A stretch of 64,000 nt of DNA, taken from Malacoraja senta. Its lineage: Eukaryota. The position numbers and the translations under genes were made by a program. Below the pieces are notes generated by a model that did no database searches, was not told the DNA's origin, and worked only from the letters and a program-made list of their open reading frames with translations. Positions within the stretch are counted from its first letter, which is position 1. The number at the start of each line of letters is the position of its first letter. Below, piece by piece: positions 38,227-50,574 of the stretch. The stretch is from assembly GCA_038087875.1 (NCBI GenBank), contig CM075991.1, positions 5,580,001 through 5,644,000 of the forward strand, written 5' to 3'.

Positions 38227-41200
38227 CTGTTCTCCTTTTAAGTATTCAATCTAAGTACCGTTACAATTTTGTTGTTGTGATACTTGATTTAAACCAGTAT
38301 TTATGAAATTTTAAATAATAACCATAATATATCTATTTTACATATTTACACATTTTCATTTTACTTATAGTGAGTTACTTAACTTACAAACCTAACCTGA
38401 CTGCTGGTTTACGTATCCTGCCTGATCGTCTAACAGTAACAGGTGTAACAGGTTTAGGTGTTGACTCAACTGTTGGCTTGTTTGGCTCTGTTTTAGTACC
38501 CTGACTTTGACCAAAGGAATCTGTTTCTTTGTCTGTACTGACTGAACTTTGTGTTTCAATCACAGTGGTCTCTTCCAACTCACTTTCAGATAAAAACTCA
38601 GGGATTTGGACTTTATGGTCAGTTTTTGGTTCATCTTTGGCTGGAATCATTTGATCAACAAAAACACTTTTGATCTTATCTCCAACTTCAACTAAGTATA
38701 TTTTTGTTCCACACGCTTCCACTATTTTCCCAACATCCCATTTGTCTCGACTGGACTTGTTGGGAGGACTAAGAACACGAGTCTACTCATCTGGCTTGAA
38801 GTACCTCTCCTTTTTGTGGGAGTCAAAATGGCGTTTTTGACTTAACTGTTTTTGCTCAACTCTCAAGGCCAAATTGGGTTGAACTAGACAGGCGTATTCT
38901 TAGCCTTCTCTTCATCAACAGTTCTGCAGGTGAGTAACCTGTTGTGTGTTGTGTGGTTCTGTACTTCAGCAAGAAACTAGCCAAACGATGTTTCATGCTG
39001 AGCTTTGAACTACCCTGCAAAACCTGTTTCTTGAGAGCATCTTTGACAATTCTAACAGACCTTTCCGCCGCCCCGTTGGAGGCTGGATGGTATGGGGGAA
39101 CAAGTGTGTGTTTTACACCATTCCGCTACATGAATTCTTTGAACCGTTCTGAACGAAACTGAGGCCCGTTATCAGAAACAAGTTCTTCTGGTAAACCATG
39201 GCATGCAGATCCACTCATCTATGGTACGCTCAGTAGTAGTGCTTGACCCCAATCTATTTGGAATGACTATCTACTAGTACCAGAAAGTGATCATCACCCT
39301 TTTCACAAAAATCCACATGAACTCTCTGAAAAGGTTTACTTGGCCAGTTTTTGGTGTTTTTGGTGGTTTTCTCCGGCAATTTTGGCAGACGCTACATTTG
39401 CTCACCAGTGACTCGATATCACTGTCAATACCAGGCCAATACACAAAACTTCTGGCAATTGACTTCATGCTTACTATGCCAGGATATTCGGCATGAAGTT
39501 CATTCATAATTTTGTTTCTCAAAGACTCTGGTACAACCACTCTGTAACCCCACTTAATGCATCCCTGCTCACATGATAATTCATGGCGTTGATTATGGAA
39601 AGGCTTCAGCTCTGAGTTCAGACCTGAGTTCAATCCACTATCGATTTCAGCCCAACCGTTCAATGTCTGTTCATAGACCCACTTCAGCACAGTGTCTTTC
39701 TCTGTTTCTGCTGCAATTTCTGTTGCAGTCACTGGAAAGTCCTCATCTACAACTTGCCGTGTGTAGATTGAGTTCTTACTTCCCACGTCAGAGTTCTCAT
39801 GGGGCAACCGGGACAACGCATCTGCAACTGCGTTGCACTTGGAGCTTCTGTACTCCACCTTGTGGTCATACTGGGACAGCAAAATTGCCCAGCGCTGCAT
39901 CCTTGATGGCGCCATGGAAGGTATAGCTGACTTGGGACCAGGTATCACTAGTAGTGGCTTGTGATCAGTCACTAGGCTGAACAGTCTGCCGAGAAGAAAC
40001 TGATGGAATTTCTTGATTCCGAACACGATGCTGAATGCTTCCTTTTCTATCTGAGCATAATTGCGTTCACTCGGTGATAGGATGTGGGATGCAAAAGCAA
40101 TAGGCTTTTCCTGTCCGTCATTCATTACGTGGGAGATCACTGCACCTACACCATAACTTGAAGCATCACAAGCAAGTTTCTACTCGCGTGTCTTATCGTA
40201 GTGAAAAAGAAGTTTGTCACTTGTCAAATTTTCCTTGCAGATGTCATATGCACATTGCTGTTCCTTTCCCCATGTTCATTTCATATATTTTTGTAGCAGA
40301 TGTAGTGGCTTTAGCACAGTTGCTAAATCTGGAAGGAATCGTGCATAGAACAGCACCATCCCAAGGAATGATCGTAGCTCCGACACATTGTTGGGCTTTG
40401 GAGCATTCACTATTGCTTCAACTTTCGCCTTCACAGGGCGAAGTCTGTTGGCGTCTACTTTGAGTCCAAGGTAGACCACCTCTGACTGCGCAAATGCACA
40501 TTTACTTTGTCGCAGTGTGACATTGCGGCAGATCAGTCGTGTGAGAACTTACTCAAGGATTTCCAGATGTTCTACCATGCCCTCTGTGAATATCAGTAGG
40601 TCATCCTGGTTGCGCACACACAGTGCGGAATGCCTTGTAACATTTTGTCCATGACAGACTGGAACATTTTCGGGGAGGATTTCACACCATAGGGCAGCTT
40701 TGTATATGAATACAAGCCCTTATGTGTGTTGATAGTCAAGTACTGCTGACTTTCCTTGTCGACATTGAGTTGGGCGTGAGCGTGAGACAAATCCAGTTTA
40801 GTGAAGACTCTTGCTCCGCTAAGTTCTGCGTACAGATCTTGCGAGGTTGGTAACGGATATTGTTCGTCATCAACGGCTTGGTTGATTGTGAATTTGTAGT
40901 CACCACATAGTCGAACTGTTTTGTCGGCCTTGGATAAGGCCACAATTGGCGTTGCCCAGTTACTCTGGCCTGTCTTCACGAGTACTCCATTCCGCTCTAA
41001 CCTGTTGCATTCTTCCTCCACTTGTTGCTTTAGTGCATATGGTAAAGGTCTTGGTCGACAATACACAGGTCTCACATCTTGCTTAAGTTGAATGTGTGCA
41101 GAGTACCCTGTTATTCCCGTGTAACTGTCAGCAAAAATGTTTGCATGTTTGCTTATGATGCTTTCAAGACGTGATTTGGACAAATCGATGCTGAAACTGT

Positions 41201-42082
41201 TCTTCCAGTCTAACTCTATTCTACTCAGCCAATCCTTACCAAGGATGGTTGGTTTATTTCTGTAGCTGGCCACTATGATGGGCAGTGTTTCTGACTGACC
41301 ATTATGCTCAACTTTACAGTTCATTTGTCCACCTCCAAAATTTGGCACAAGTAGGTTCTCAGCTTGACCTTACTCTCAAACAGTGGTATCTGTGGGAACT
41401 TTACTTCATACAGGTCTTTGCTCATGACCGAACAATCTGCTGCCATGTCAATACATATCGATTAACTGTACATTAATCAATAATTTAGTTTGAAAGTCCT
41501 TGCCTTGGCTGGTTGTAGGCTTATCGATGTTGGTTGCATAAATGGTGTACAACCCAAGTTCATTTCCATCTGGGTTCATCTCCAAGTTGGGAACTCCTCT
41601 CTGGTGTTGTCGCTTGATTCCCGCAGATTGTTGGTTTCCTGTTTTAAGCTTGGCCCGACATGCTGAGACGATATGGCCTTTCTTCTGGCAGTTATAGCAC
41701 TTGGCCATTTTGAACTGCCAAAATTGGGATGAGTGATTATCGTTGCAACGATAACAACTGGCTGAACTCGGCTCCCCACCATACTTTGGTTTTGGTTTAG
41801 TGCCTCTGCCTTGTGACTGTAAATGGCTACTGCAGGCCGTGGTGGACGAAACACGCGAGCATTCTTTGATGCCATCTCCATTGTGGTCGCAATCTTGCAT
41901 GCTTTCTCGAATGTAAGATCTGAAGTGTTCATGATTTTGGACTGAATTTGTTCATCCACTAGACCACAAACAAATTTGTCGCGTAGTGCGCGTCCGAGAA
42001 TGGTTCCAAAGTTACAGTGCACAGTTATGTTTTTCAATGCAACAATGTGCTCATTGATTGTCTCATTCTGCTTCTGGTTTCT

Positions 42083-43230
42083 TTTTAAAAAAAATATTTT
42101 TTTAATTTATTTTTGTTAGAAGTACAATAATGTGGTACCTAATACTTGTTGACATATTACATTTCATATGCATTTCATGTACATTTCATATACAACTTCT
42201 TATTTTTAATTTAATAATAAAGCAAGAGTAAGGGAGAAAGGGAGAAAAGAAGAGATTGATATAGAGTGTTGCGTGAAATTGAAAGATAGCCCGAGAGAAG
42301 AGAGAAGAAGAAATAGAAAGAGAAAGAGAAAGAGACGAAATAGAGAAGAAGGAAAAAAAAGGGATAAAGGAGATTGAAAGCGATATCTATTTAATGTTCC
42401 TGGCCTCCCGTCACCTGATTCGGAACCATTTTATTTCTATGGTTGTGTTGCACCATATGCTTGTAAGAAGTCGATATAGATAACCAATACTTTAAATACC
42501 TTCAAATTAGAGATTATTTGAAAAAACACATACAACGATATCAAATTCTAACTCGAGATTCATTAGATGAAGCAATGAATATTAAGGCAGACTCATGCAA
42601 TTTAATATCATACTTATATATCATTTTAAATATAGAATCACCATCGACAGAGGCAATCAGAGCAGATTGGGAACGAGAATTACAGATAAAAATTTTGAGA
42701 GAAACATGGGAAAAATACCTGATATACATACATAAATGTTCGATTAATGCAAAATATAATTTAATTCAATTTAAAATTTTACATAGATTATACTACTCGA
42801 AAACTAGACTGAACAAATTCTATCCAAATATCTCTCCCATCTGTGATAAATGCTTATCTGAGAATGCCACTATAACACACTCTTTTGTCTCCTGTATAAA
42901 ACTTCATAAATTCTGGAATGAAATTTTTGAAATTTTTTCAAAACTATTTAATAGAAGAATTGAACCTAATACAGAAAGGATTATCTTTGGATCAATGGAA
43001 GATGGGAATAAGCTAAATACGTCTCAAAAATCTCTACTTAATTACAGTTTAATAACGGCAAAAAAACTCATACTTAAATTTTGGAAGAATGCGCCAACAC
43101 CAACGCTCAAAATGTGGATTTCAAATATGTCGGAAACGGCATATCTTGAAGAAATGCGACTCCTAGCAGGTATAGTAGACCAATTTTTATTGATTTGGTC
43201 TCCCTTTATCGACTTCGTACGAGCACATGG
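42083..43230 (-). mobile_element. L1-clade LINE insertion with 5' inversion, nested in Gypsy gag
   Basis: 14-bp TSD tgcttctggtttct (42069-42082, 43231-43244); tail and 3' UTR on minus (42083-42475); ORF2 C-terminal zinc knuckle (CDKC...THSFVSC) on plus (about 42476-43230). Confidence 0.88.
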
Positions 43231-43985
43231 TGCTTCTGGTTTCTAGTGCCAAATTTATAGCTTTCTGCAATTTCCAGAGGCTTTGGGTTGAAATGCTCCT
43301 CCAACCTCTTCATAATGTAATTGAATGGCACGTCATTTGCCTTTATGGGCACAAGGAGATTCATGAGTGTCCCGTACACTTCAGGACTGATCTCCGTGAG
43401 CAGAATCGCTTTCAAGCGTTCGCAAACGGCTTTATTTGTTTCAGTCACTATCCCTCCTTCACCACTAATCTCCATTATGTTGTTTGCCGTGAAAAAACAT
43501 GTTCGCTCTCCATATAGGAGCTGAACGGCTCTCTACTCTTGTCAAAAGTGCCAAGGTTTCCGATGTAGCCCGTGGACACAGCCATCTCTTTTTTTTTAAG
43601 TCCGTTCAAAAACCCCAATTTCCTGTCTGTTCTGGTGTAACAATTCACCTAAAACTTAGCTGTACAAAGGCTATTCGGCTATTCACCAACTCATTAACAA
43701 AGGCTATTCAGCTTGCGGAACTCGACAAAAAAAAGATCTTATACAGTCCCAAGGACGGCATCTTGCCACGTAGGCACAACATAGAGATAGCCTGACAAAC
43801 TCTCGACAATTTGCTCAGCTACTGTTTTAAACTACAGTCCCCTGCATAGAAGGATCTGTGGCCTCTCGTGTCCAGCTTGCAAACAACTGCGACACAACTC
43901 CGTATTTACTGTTTAAAATGTTAAACAATACTGCATGTTGCAAAACAGTCCTGCACTGTATTTAAAGAATGAGTTCACAAACTCT

Positions 43986-44003
43986 ATCCCATCCACGTCG
44001 CCA
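43986..44003 (-). promoter_or_regulatory. Primer-binding site, tRNA-Ser(GCU)-like
   Basis: Minus strand TGGCGACGTGGATGGGAT 4 nt from the 5' LTR; one mismatch to the vertebrate tRNA-Ser(GCU) 3' end as recalled. Confidence 0.75.
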
Positions 44004-44007
44004 ATTT

Positions 44008-44147
44008 TGTTATATTCCGGACGGCAGAATGAATAACAACTTACACGCAGGTTGCCTGGATCACGAGAGATTTATTACCCAACATTCCCTGCTTATATTG
44101 AACACCAACTCATTAACATATACATGAATATGTATGAATACATTACA
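44008..44147 (-). repeat. Gypsy 5' LTR (140 bp)
   Basis: Matches 38086-38226 with about 5 substitutions and 2 small indels by manual alignment. Confidence 0.9.
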
Positions 44148-44254
44148 GCTACCCATATCATAATCGCTCTATATACATTTCCTATAATTTTTAATTTGAT
44201 CAAATATTCACCCTAACACAACCCATAATTAAACTAATGTAATTAGTTAGAACT

Positions 44255-44610
44255 AATTAGAGTGCAAAAAGATGAAGGACGATTTTAGAGGTGTACAACA
44301 TCATAAGAGGAAAAGATTGGGTGAACGCAGAGTCTCTTGCCCAAAGTCGGCGAATCAAGAACCAGAGGACATAGGTTTAAGGTGAGAGGGAAAAGATTTA
44401 ATAGGAATGTGAGGGGTAACTTTTTTTACATGAAGGGTGGTGGGTGTATGGAATGAGTGGACGGAGAAGGTAGTTGAGGCATGTACCATCTGCCTCAAGA
44501 AACATTTAGGCAGGTACATGGATTGGATAGGTTTAGCGGGATATGGGCCAAATGAAAGCAGGTGGGACATGTTTGTCGGTGTGTGCAAGTTGGGCCGAAA
44601 TGCCTATTTC
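44255..44610 (+). mobile_element. CR1-type LINE 3' end
   Basis: 'VVGVWNEWTEKVVEACTICLKKHLGRYMD'. Confidence 0.75.
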
Positions 44611-45039
44611 CATGGAATATCAAAAGGAGGAAACGGGGTTTCTGATGTACAAGAGGCCATCCGAAGTGTTTGCATTCTAGCTAATGCACCAAACGACAAG
44701 CAATCTTAACCTTGGAGGGCTGCAATGCAAATTCACTGTGACTCAAAGGATTAAAGTATGAGAACAAAGTGTTCATTGCTTTGAGTTTAAACCATTGAGA
44801 AGTTAATTCAATATTAAAAATAAAAAGGGATTTAATATGATATAGATGAATCATTTGCTTGGGTGGAGAACCCAAAATCAGCAGCCAAGATTTTCAAAGG
44901 AGAATTTGGTCAGTGAGTGATAAAATCAGGTATTGCCAGATGAACAAGAGATGTTGGCATTTTTAGTTTGACCAGCAATAGCAATGCTATGACTTTCTAA
45001 TTTGTGGTAATATGGTTTATGAAATAATCACAAGAGTAG

Positions 45040-45163
45040 GTTTAGTTTAGAGTTTAGAGATACAGCATGGAAACAGGTTGTTTCGACCCACCAAGTCCAC
45101 GGCAACCATTGATCACCCGTTCACACTAGTTCTATGTTATCCCACTTTCTTATCCACTCCCTG
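45040..45163 (-). mobile_element. HE1-like SINE 3' fragment
   Basis: (ctaaa)n tail on minus; antisense match to 47820-47937. Confidence 0.6.
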
Positions 45164-46028
45164 GTCATTTTGCCCCCATGAGTGCATTTCCCCATTCAAA
45201 TAAATAATTCCTCTCTGGACCCCAACTCCATTCACCCACTTTTGCTCCATATTCCTTGATCTATGCATTTAATTAAAATCCATTGAATCCATTCTTGAAA
45301 ATTTGAATGAACACAATAACCAGAGACTTTTGTTACTATCGTTTGGATACCTAGAGCCATCCCAGAGAAATAATGTGGCATCCCAGCTTTGGCAGCTCTC
45401 ATGCCAGCTCTTTAACAATCAGTAGAGGTGCCAGACTTTAAACAAGCTATAGACTTCTTTAAAGAAAACACATCAAAAATAGAATACAAATTAAATTAAA
45501 ATGTTTTTTTATAGGAGCTCCAGTTGATATTCTGGTAACTGGATTCATGACAAATTGGCCATTATTATAATTTAATAACCCACTGCAGCAAATTTATAAA
45601 TATCTTTTTAATTTTCATCATTGCCAACACACAAATAAATTGCTGCTAATTTAGTTTGCTTTTACCTTCAGGCTGTTTACTCAGAACCAACTATAGCCAT
45701 TAATGACAATAATAAAAAAAGAATCACAGCTGAACAGTTTTGACAGGTGAGAATGTACAGATTTTGCACAGTACATACAGTATTTGAATATGGTGCATAC
45801 TGCACTGCTGCTTGAAAAGTCCACTGAGTGACATGAGCTGCCTGTGTGAAATAACCTGCAGCTACAGCATTGCTTTCTTTCTCATTGAAAGCAGAGTGCA
45901 GAAATATACAGAGCTTTAACTTAAGGAACAGTGTTTCTAATTTAACTAACAAAAATGTCCCAATGATAAGCACATTATTTTAAATATGCCATTTAATTTA
46001 ACATTACTGTCTGCTGTAAGCAACAACT

Positions 46029-46455
46029 TATCTCATCTTTATCCATGGAATAATCTCTGCTTTTGTTTTTCCAAAGTCAAGGGTCATAGACTTGTTTGGC
46101 AAAGGTTAAGTAACCATTAACTGATTTTAAATTTTACTCTCAGCTCCCTTCGCTTTCACTCTCCTCTTTTCACTACCTTCTGTATAATCTTCCTGCCTCT
46201 CCTATACGTGGTTACCTCCAAGGAGGTGCTCCTCCTACCACCAATGACAACGCCATTTCATGCTTGTTGAGCATGCTTGTTTGGAAACACAACTTATTTG
46301 CCTTGGCTTTTCATTGATCACCAGTGAACATGAATTTTTCCCGGTCCACATCAAAGATGTTAATATCTCATCTTTATCCATGGAATAATCTCTGCTTTTG
46401 TTTTTCCAAAGTCAAGGGTCATAGACTTGTTTGGCAAAGGTTAGGTAACCATTAA
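46029..46455 (+). repeat. 92-bp direct repeat flanking a 243-bp spacer
   Basis: 46029-46120 and 46364-46455 identical except for one base. Confidence 0.95.
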
Positions 46456-46579
46456 TGATGTGTGACGTGGTGATCCACTGAATGCATTATTGGGTGTTAA
46501 TCCCTTCCACCACAACTACCCATTACTCCAGGATCAGAATCACAAATTTGTTTGTTCTAATGCAAACCAACTACTTAAA

Positions 46580-47615
46580 TGCATTTGACTCCAGAAGCGA
46601 TGGGAAGCTCATCAATCTAGCAAGGTTGGAAGCCAAGATGAAGGTGAGAATTGTGCTTTGAAGGGAACTCCTGTGTGCTGATGATGCTGCACTCATTGCC
46701 CCAATGGAAGGTCTTCAGAAGTTGATGGACAGACGGTCTCATGATTACAACGATAATCGACTGATAAGCAGCATTAAGACTGTTATCATGGGTCAGGGCA
46801 CTCCATTCCCCCCCCCCCCCTTCCCGAAATCATCCTACCTACGATCTATGGTGACTGATAGTCTCTCTCTGGATGAGGAAATCAACACCCGTATAAGCAA
46901 GGCAGCGACCACCTTCGGGCGGCTAACCAAGTAGTCATGGAAGAATAGAAAACTCAGTCAAGACAACTGTTTACAAAGCATGCGTGTTGAACAGGTAACT
47001 GTACAGCAGTGAAGCTTGGACGATGTACCTAACTGATGATTTTAATTTCCGCTGTCTTCATGAATATCCTAGGAATTTCATAGCAGGACAGTTTCACCAA
47101 TGAATTGGTCCTCTCCCTGACCAACATGCCAAGCATCTCTGCGATCCTCAAGCAGAAGCGTCCCCACTGGCTTGGACATTTACATATGATGGTAAATGGA
47201 CGCGTCCCCAAAGATGTGCTAAATGGGGAGGACGCGAATGCAGAGGCCAAGAGAAAGACCAAAACTTTGCTGCAAAGATATGATTAAAAGAGATATGACA
47301 AATTTTAATGCTGGCACTGACAGCTGGGAAGCAACTACTGAGGAGCGGTGGTGGAACTCCAGGTAGGTACAAAGCATGACATCAGCATACGGTTCAAGAA
47401 GCTGGAGGCCAGGCGCTAATGCCACAAAATGATCAATGCCAATCCAACGTCCAGAGACAACGTCACCTGCGAAAGCTGTGGGAGGGTCGGCCTGTCAAGG
47501 ATAGCCTTAGTCAGCCACAGGAAATGCAACCATTGATGAAACATTCCCCTCTCCAAACAGGAGAACATCAAAGCTGCACCATCATCTCTCGCAGATGGAT
47601 GCCAACTAACTAATA
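46580..47615 (+). mobile_element. RTE-clade LINE 3' half (decayed)
   Basis: 'RSDGKLINLARL', 'ELLCADDAALIA', 'LDEEINTRISKAATTFGRL', 'HWLGHL...GRVPKDVL'; (taac)n-like tail. Confidence 0.85.
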
Positions 47616-47689
47616 CAAACCTTCTCCTTAAATGCATTTTTTCACACCCCACCAATAAATTTAAGTGGCACAATGGGTACACAGTGGGT

Positions 47690-47937
47690 CTTTGTAGTCT
47701 GTACGTTTTCCCTGTGAACACGTGGGGTTCGTCCAGGAGCTCCGGTTTCCTCTCACATCCCAAAGACATGCAGGTTTATGAGTTAACTGGTCTGTGTAAA
47801 TTGCCCCTGGTGTGCAGGGAGTGGATGTGAAAGTAGGATAACATAGAACTAGTGTGAACAAGTGATCGCGGTTGATCTGGACTCAGGGGGCCAAAGGGCC
47901 AGTTTCTGAGCAATATATCTAAGCTAAACTAAAACTG
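47690..47937 (+). mobile_element. HE1-like V-SINE (5' decayed)
   Basis: V-domain 'gctccggtttcctctcacatcccaaagac' and ctaaa tail. Confidence 0.7.
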
Positions 47938-47944
47938 AAAATAC

Positions 47945-48144
47945 NNNNNNNNNNNNNNNNNNNNNNNNNNNNNNNNNNNNNNNNNNNNNNNNNNNNNNNN
48001 NNNNNNNNNNNNNNNNNNNNNNNNNNNNNNNNNNNNNNNNNNNNNNNNNNNNNNNNNNNNNNNNNNNNNNNNNNNNNNNNNNNNNNNNNNNNNNNNNNNN
48101 NNNNNNNNNNNNNNNNNNNNNNNNNNNNNNNNNNNNNNNNNNNN
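47945..48144. other. Assembly gap (200 N)
   Basis: Run of exactly 200 n. Confidence 1.
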
Positions 48145-48254
48145 CCAGCATTTTGTGTCAATCTTCGTTGTAAACCAGCATCTGCATATTCTTCCTGTAC
48201 ATTTATGGAATGAGCTATTTGAATGGGATGCTCCGTGCTTTCTGGCTCCACTTG

Positions 48255-48735
48255 GAGTCAGAGTCATAGAGTGATACATTGTGGAAATAGCCCTTCGGCC
48301 CAACTTGCCCACAGCGGACAACATGTCCCAGCTACACTAGTCCCACCTGCCGCTTTTGATCCAAATCCATCAAAGCCTGTCCTGGCCATTTACCTGTCTA
48401 GCTGTTTCTTAAATGCTGGGATCGTGCCTGCCTCAACTACCCCCTTTAGCAGCTTGTTCCATACACCCCACCAAAATTATAGTCCTCAACTCCCTATTAA
48501 ATCTTTGCCCCTTCACCTTAAACCTATGCCCTCAGGTCGCGATTCACCCACACTGGGCAAGAGACTCGTGATTTTCATCATATTCGTCTCATGATTGTAT
48601 GCACCTCAATAAGATCACCCCTCATCCTCCTGTGCTCCAAGGAACAGAGTACCAGCCTACTCAACCTCTCCCTATAGCTCAGACTCGCTAGCCATCGCAA
48701 CATCCTTGTAAATCTTCTCTGTGCCCTCTCCAGCT
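48255..48735 (-). mobile_element. CR1-type LINE 3' end
   Basis: Antisense CR1 3' region with a gactct-type tail at about 48256-48270. Confidence 0.75.
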
Positions 48736-48774
48736 TGACACAACGTCAGTCCCACCATCATAATCTGTGCGCAC

Positions 48775-48962
48775 CTAGTGCGGAGGGGAACGGCTCCAGG
48801 CAGACGAAGTCTCCATCAGAGCCGACTGCCTGTCGCTTTTCCAAGTTTACGCCCGGGCCCGGCTGTTCCCTTGAAAAAGAACACACAGTGCCCACTGGCA
48901 GCAGGAAGGCGTTCCAGGACCGCTGGGCGCAGAGAGGACTGACTGTCTCCTGGATCTCATAG
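48775..48962 (+). mobile_element. Tx1-like LINE ORF2 C-terminal fragment
   Basis: 'ADCLSLFQVYARARL/LEKEHTVPTGSRKAFQDRWAQRG' resembles the Tx1-type ORF2 terminus. Confidence 0.55.
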
Positions 48963-50066
48963 TCTCATGATATGGCGGTCGGTGTTTTGTTATAGTCCAA
49001 AGCATTAATACATCTGTACGTAGCTGGATATATTTTATGTTACCCAGTATCGTTTCACCCGGGCGCTGTTTTCGGAACCCGGGTGAAACGCTGCCGTGCA
49101 ACCAAGTGCCAGGTCCGGGTCAGTACACACGCGGGCGGACCCCTGGCTCTTCCCAGTGGTCTGAATGGTTCATTTCCAGGGTGCGTTGATATTGAGCCAA
49201 CACCACGAACCTGCACCCCCTCCGGTCACTCCACCTCCCCGAAGGACACTGACCACCCGCTGTCTTTGTCACGAACAGCTAAGGGCACGTGCGTTGACGC
49301 AAACGACGGAACGACTCATCAATTCGGAGAAAATTGGAAGAACTAACTGCTGGCTGTGCGTGTGTGCGCGCACGGGTTATAAATGCTGCGAACGGTAAGT
49401 CATCCGCATTTTAACTCACAGGATCTGACCGCGACGGTTGAACCTGCACGCATGGGTTGGGTTGGCGTCGCAGATGCCAGGGTGTGAGCCGTGTCGATTG
49501 GCGATGCGTTCAGAATTGACGCGCATAGTAGACGGAATGGTCCTGACCACGGGCTCTCTACATGTCTGTATCAACCCCGATACACGGGGAAGCTTCGGCC
49601 GGGATCTGATTCTGGGTGGTGATCATTGGGGAGGCTTGGCGTAGGTAGGGAGGGAGGGAGAGACAGGGGGAAGGAGGGAAGAGATTATATGAAGGACCGT
49701 AAAGAGCGTCGAAGCAAACCTTAGAATCACACGGCACGGGCCATTCAGTGCGCTGGGTCAGGCCGCAACTCTGGAGAATATCTAAGTGGACATTTCAAGG
49801 TGTGACCGATCATCCGTGTGACCGCATCTCCGGCCGCTCTCAGGGCTGACCCGCAGAGTCATTCCAGCACTTTATGTCCTTTAAAAAAAAATCTCCCAAC
49901 ACCGCCCCCCACCCCCGCACCACCATCACCACCCCCCCCACCACCACCAGCACCCACCAACTCTCCTGGATTGTAGAGAATAACTGCAATGGCAAATTCA
50001 TCACCAATGTGCTGGTCCTTGTAACCAGAGCACATGGGGGAAACGTAAACGTACATAGACAGTAAC

Positions 50067-50508
50067 TGTCAAGTCTTCTAATGTTTTTGCAGATTCCCCG
50101 CTTGAAAGGGATTTGATTTATCTACCCCAAAATGATGAACTGGATTCACTCAGACCAAACACTTCTTTTCCACCTTTTATTTTGGCAGATTAGTCTTTAG
50201 CAGTTTTGAGCAGTTTTAGTCTTTACCAGGTGAAAAACCGGCTGCCAATCGGGCCTGTAGAAAATCAGTCCTGCTTGCCTCTCTGGCTATCACGGCAGTC
50301 TTTTTCGGACAGTTCTTTTGATTTACTGTTCAAGTTTTCCGCCCGCAAGTCTCTTCCGTCATATTTTTTGGCTTCTGGTGCTGTGTGCCCTTTTGAAAGC
50401 CCCGGGCAGACCTCGGCAGGCTGGGGTTCCGCCCACTGTAATCACTGTCTCGTGATTTCAATTTGCCATATCTCTGCACCTGTTCTTTCATTTCAGTTTG
50501 ACTTGACA
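50067..50508 (-). repeat. BEL 3' LTR, preceded by the polypurine tract agtgggagg
   Basis: About 14 differences from the 5' LTR by manual alignment (about 97% identity). Confidence 0.95.
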
Positions 50509-50574
50509 CCTCCCACTCGATCTTCCAATGGAACCACTTGGGAGATCGACGCTTTAAAGTCAAACTTTGAAGTC

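Larger units (their letters stand above)
38086..44147 (-). mobile_element. Full-length decayed Ty3/Gypsy (Mag-like) LTR retrotransposon
   Basis: LTRs at 38086-38226 and 44008-44147; gag with two CCHC-type knuckles, RT (VRLCGDYK, KLDLSHA, LPYGVKSSP), RNase H (AQIEKEA, TDHKPL), integrase zinc finger and core; many frameshifts and stops. Confidence 0.93.

Noticed and set aside
47919..48324. ORFs containing X runs
   Set aside because: They span the N gap
48776..48870. Minus-strand exon-like segment with acceptor and donor
   Set aside because: Better explained as the antisense of a Tx1-like ORF2 fragment
49378..49400. TATAAA followed by a gtaagt donor
   Set aside because: The donor is only about 12 nt after the TATA, too close to define a first exon
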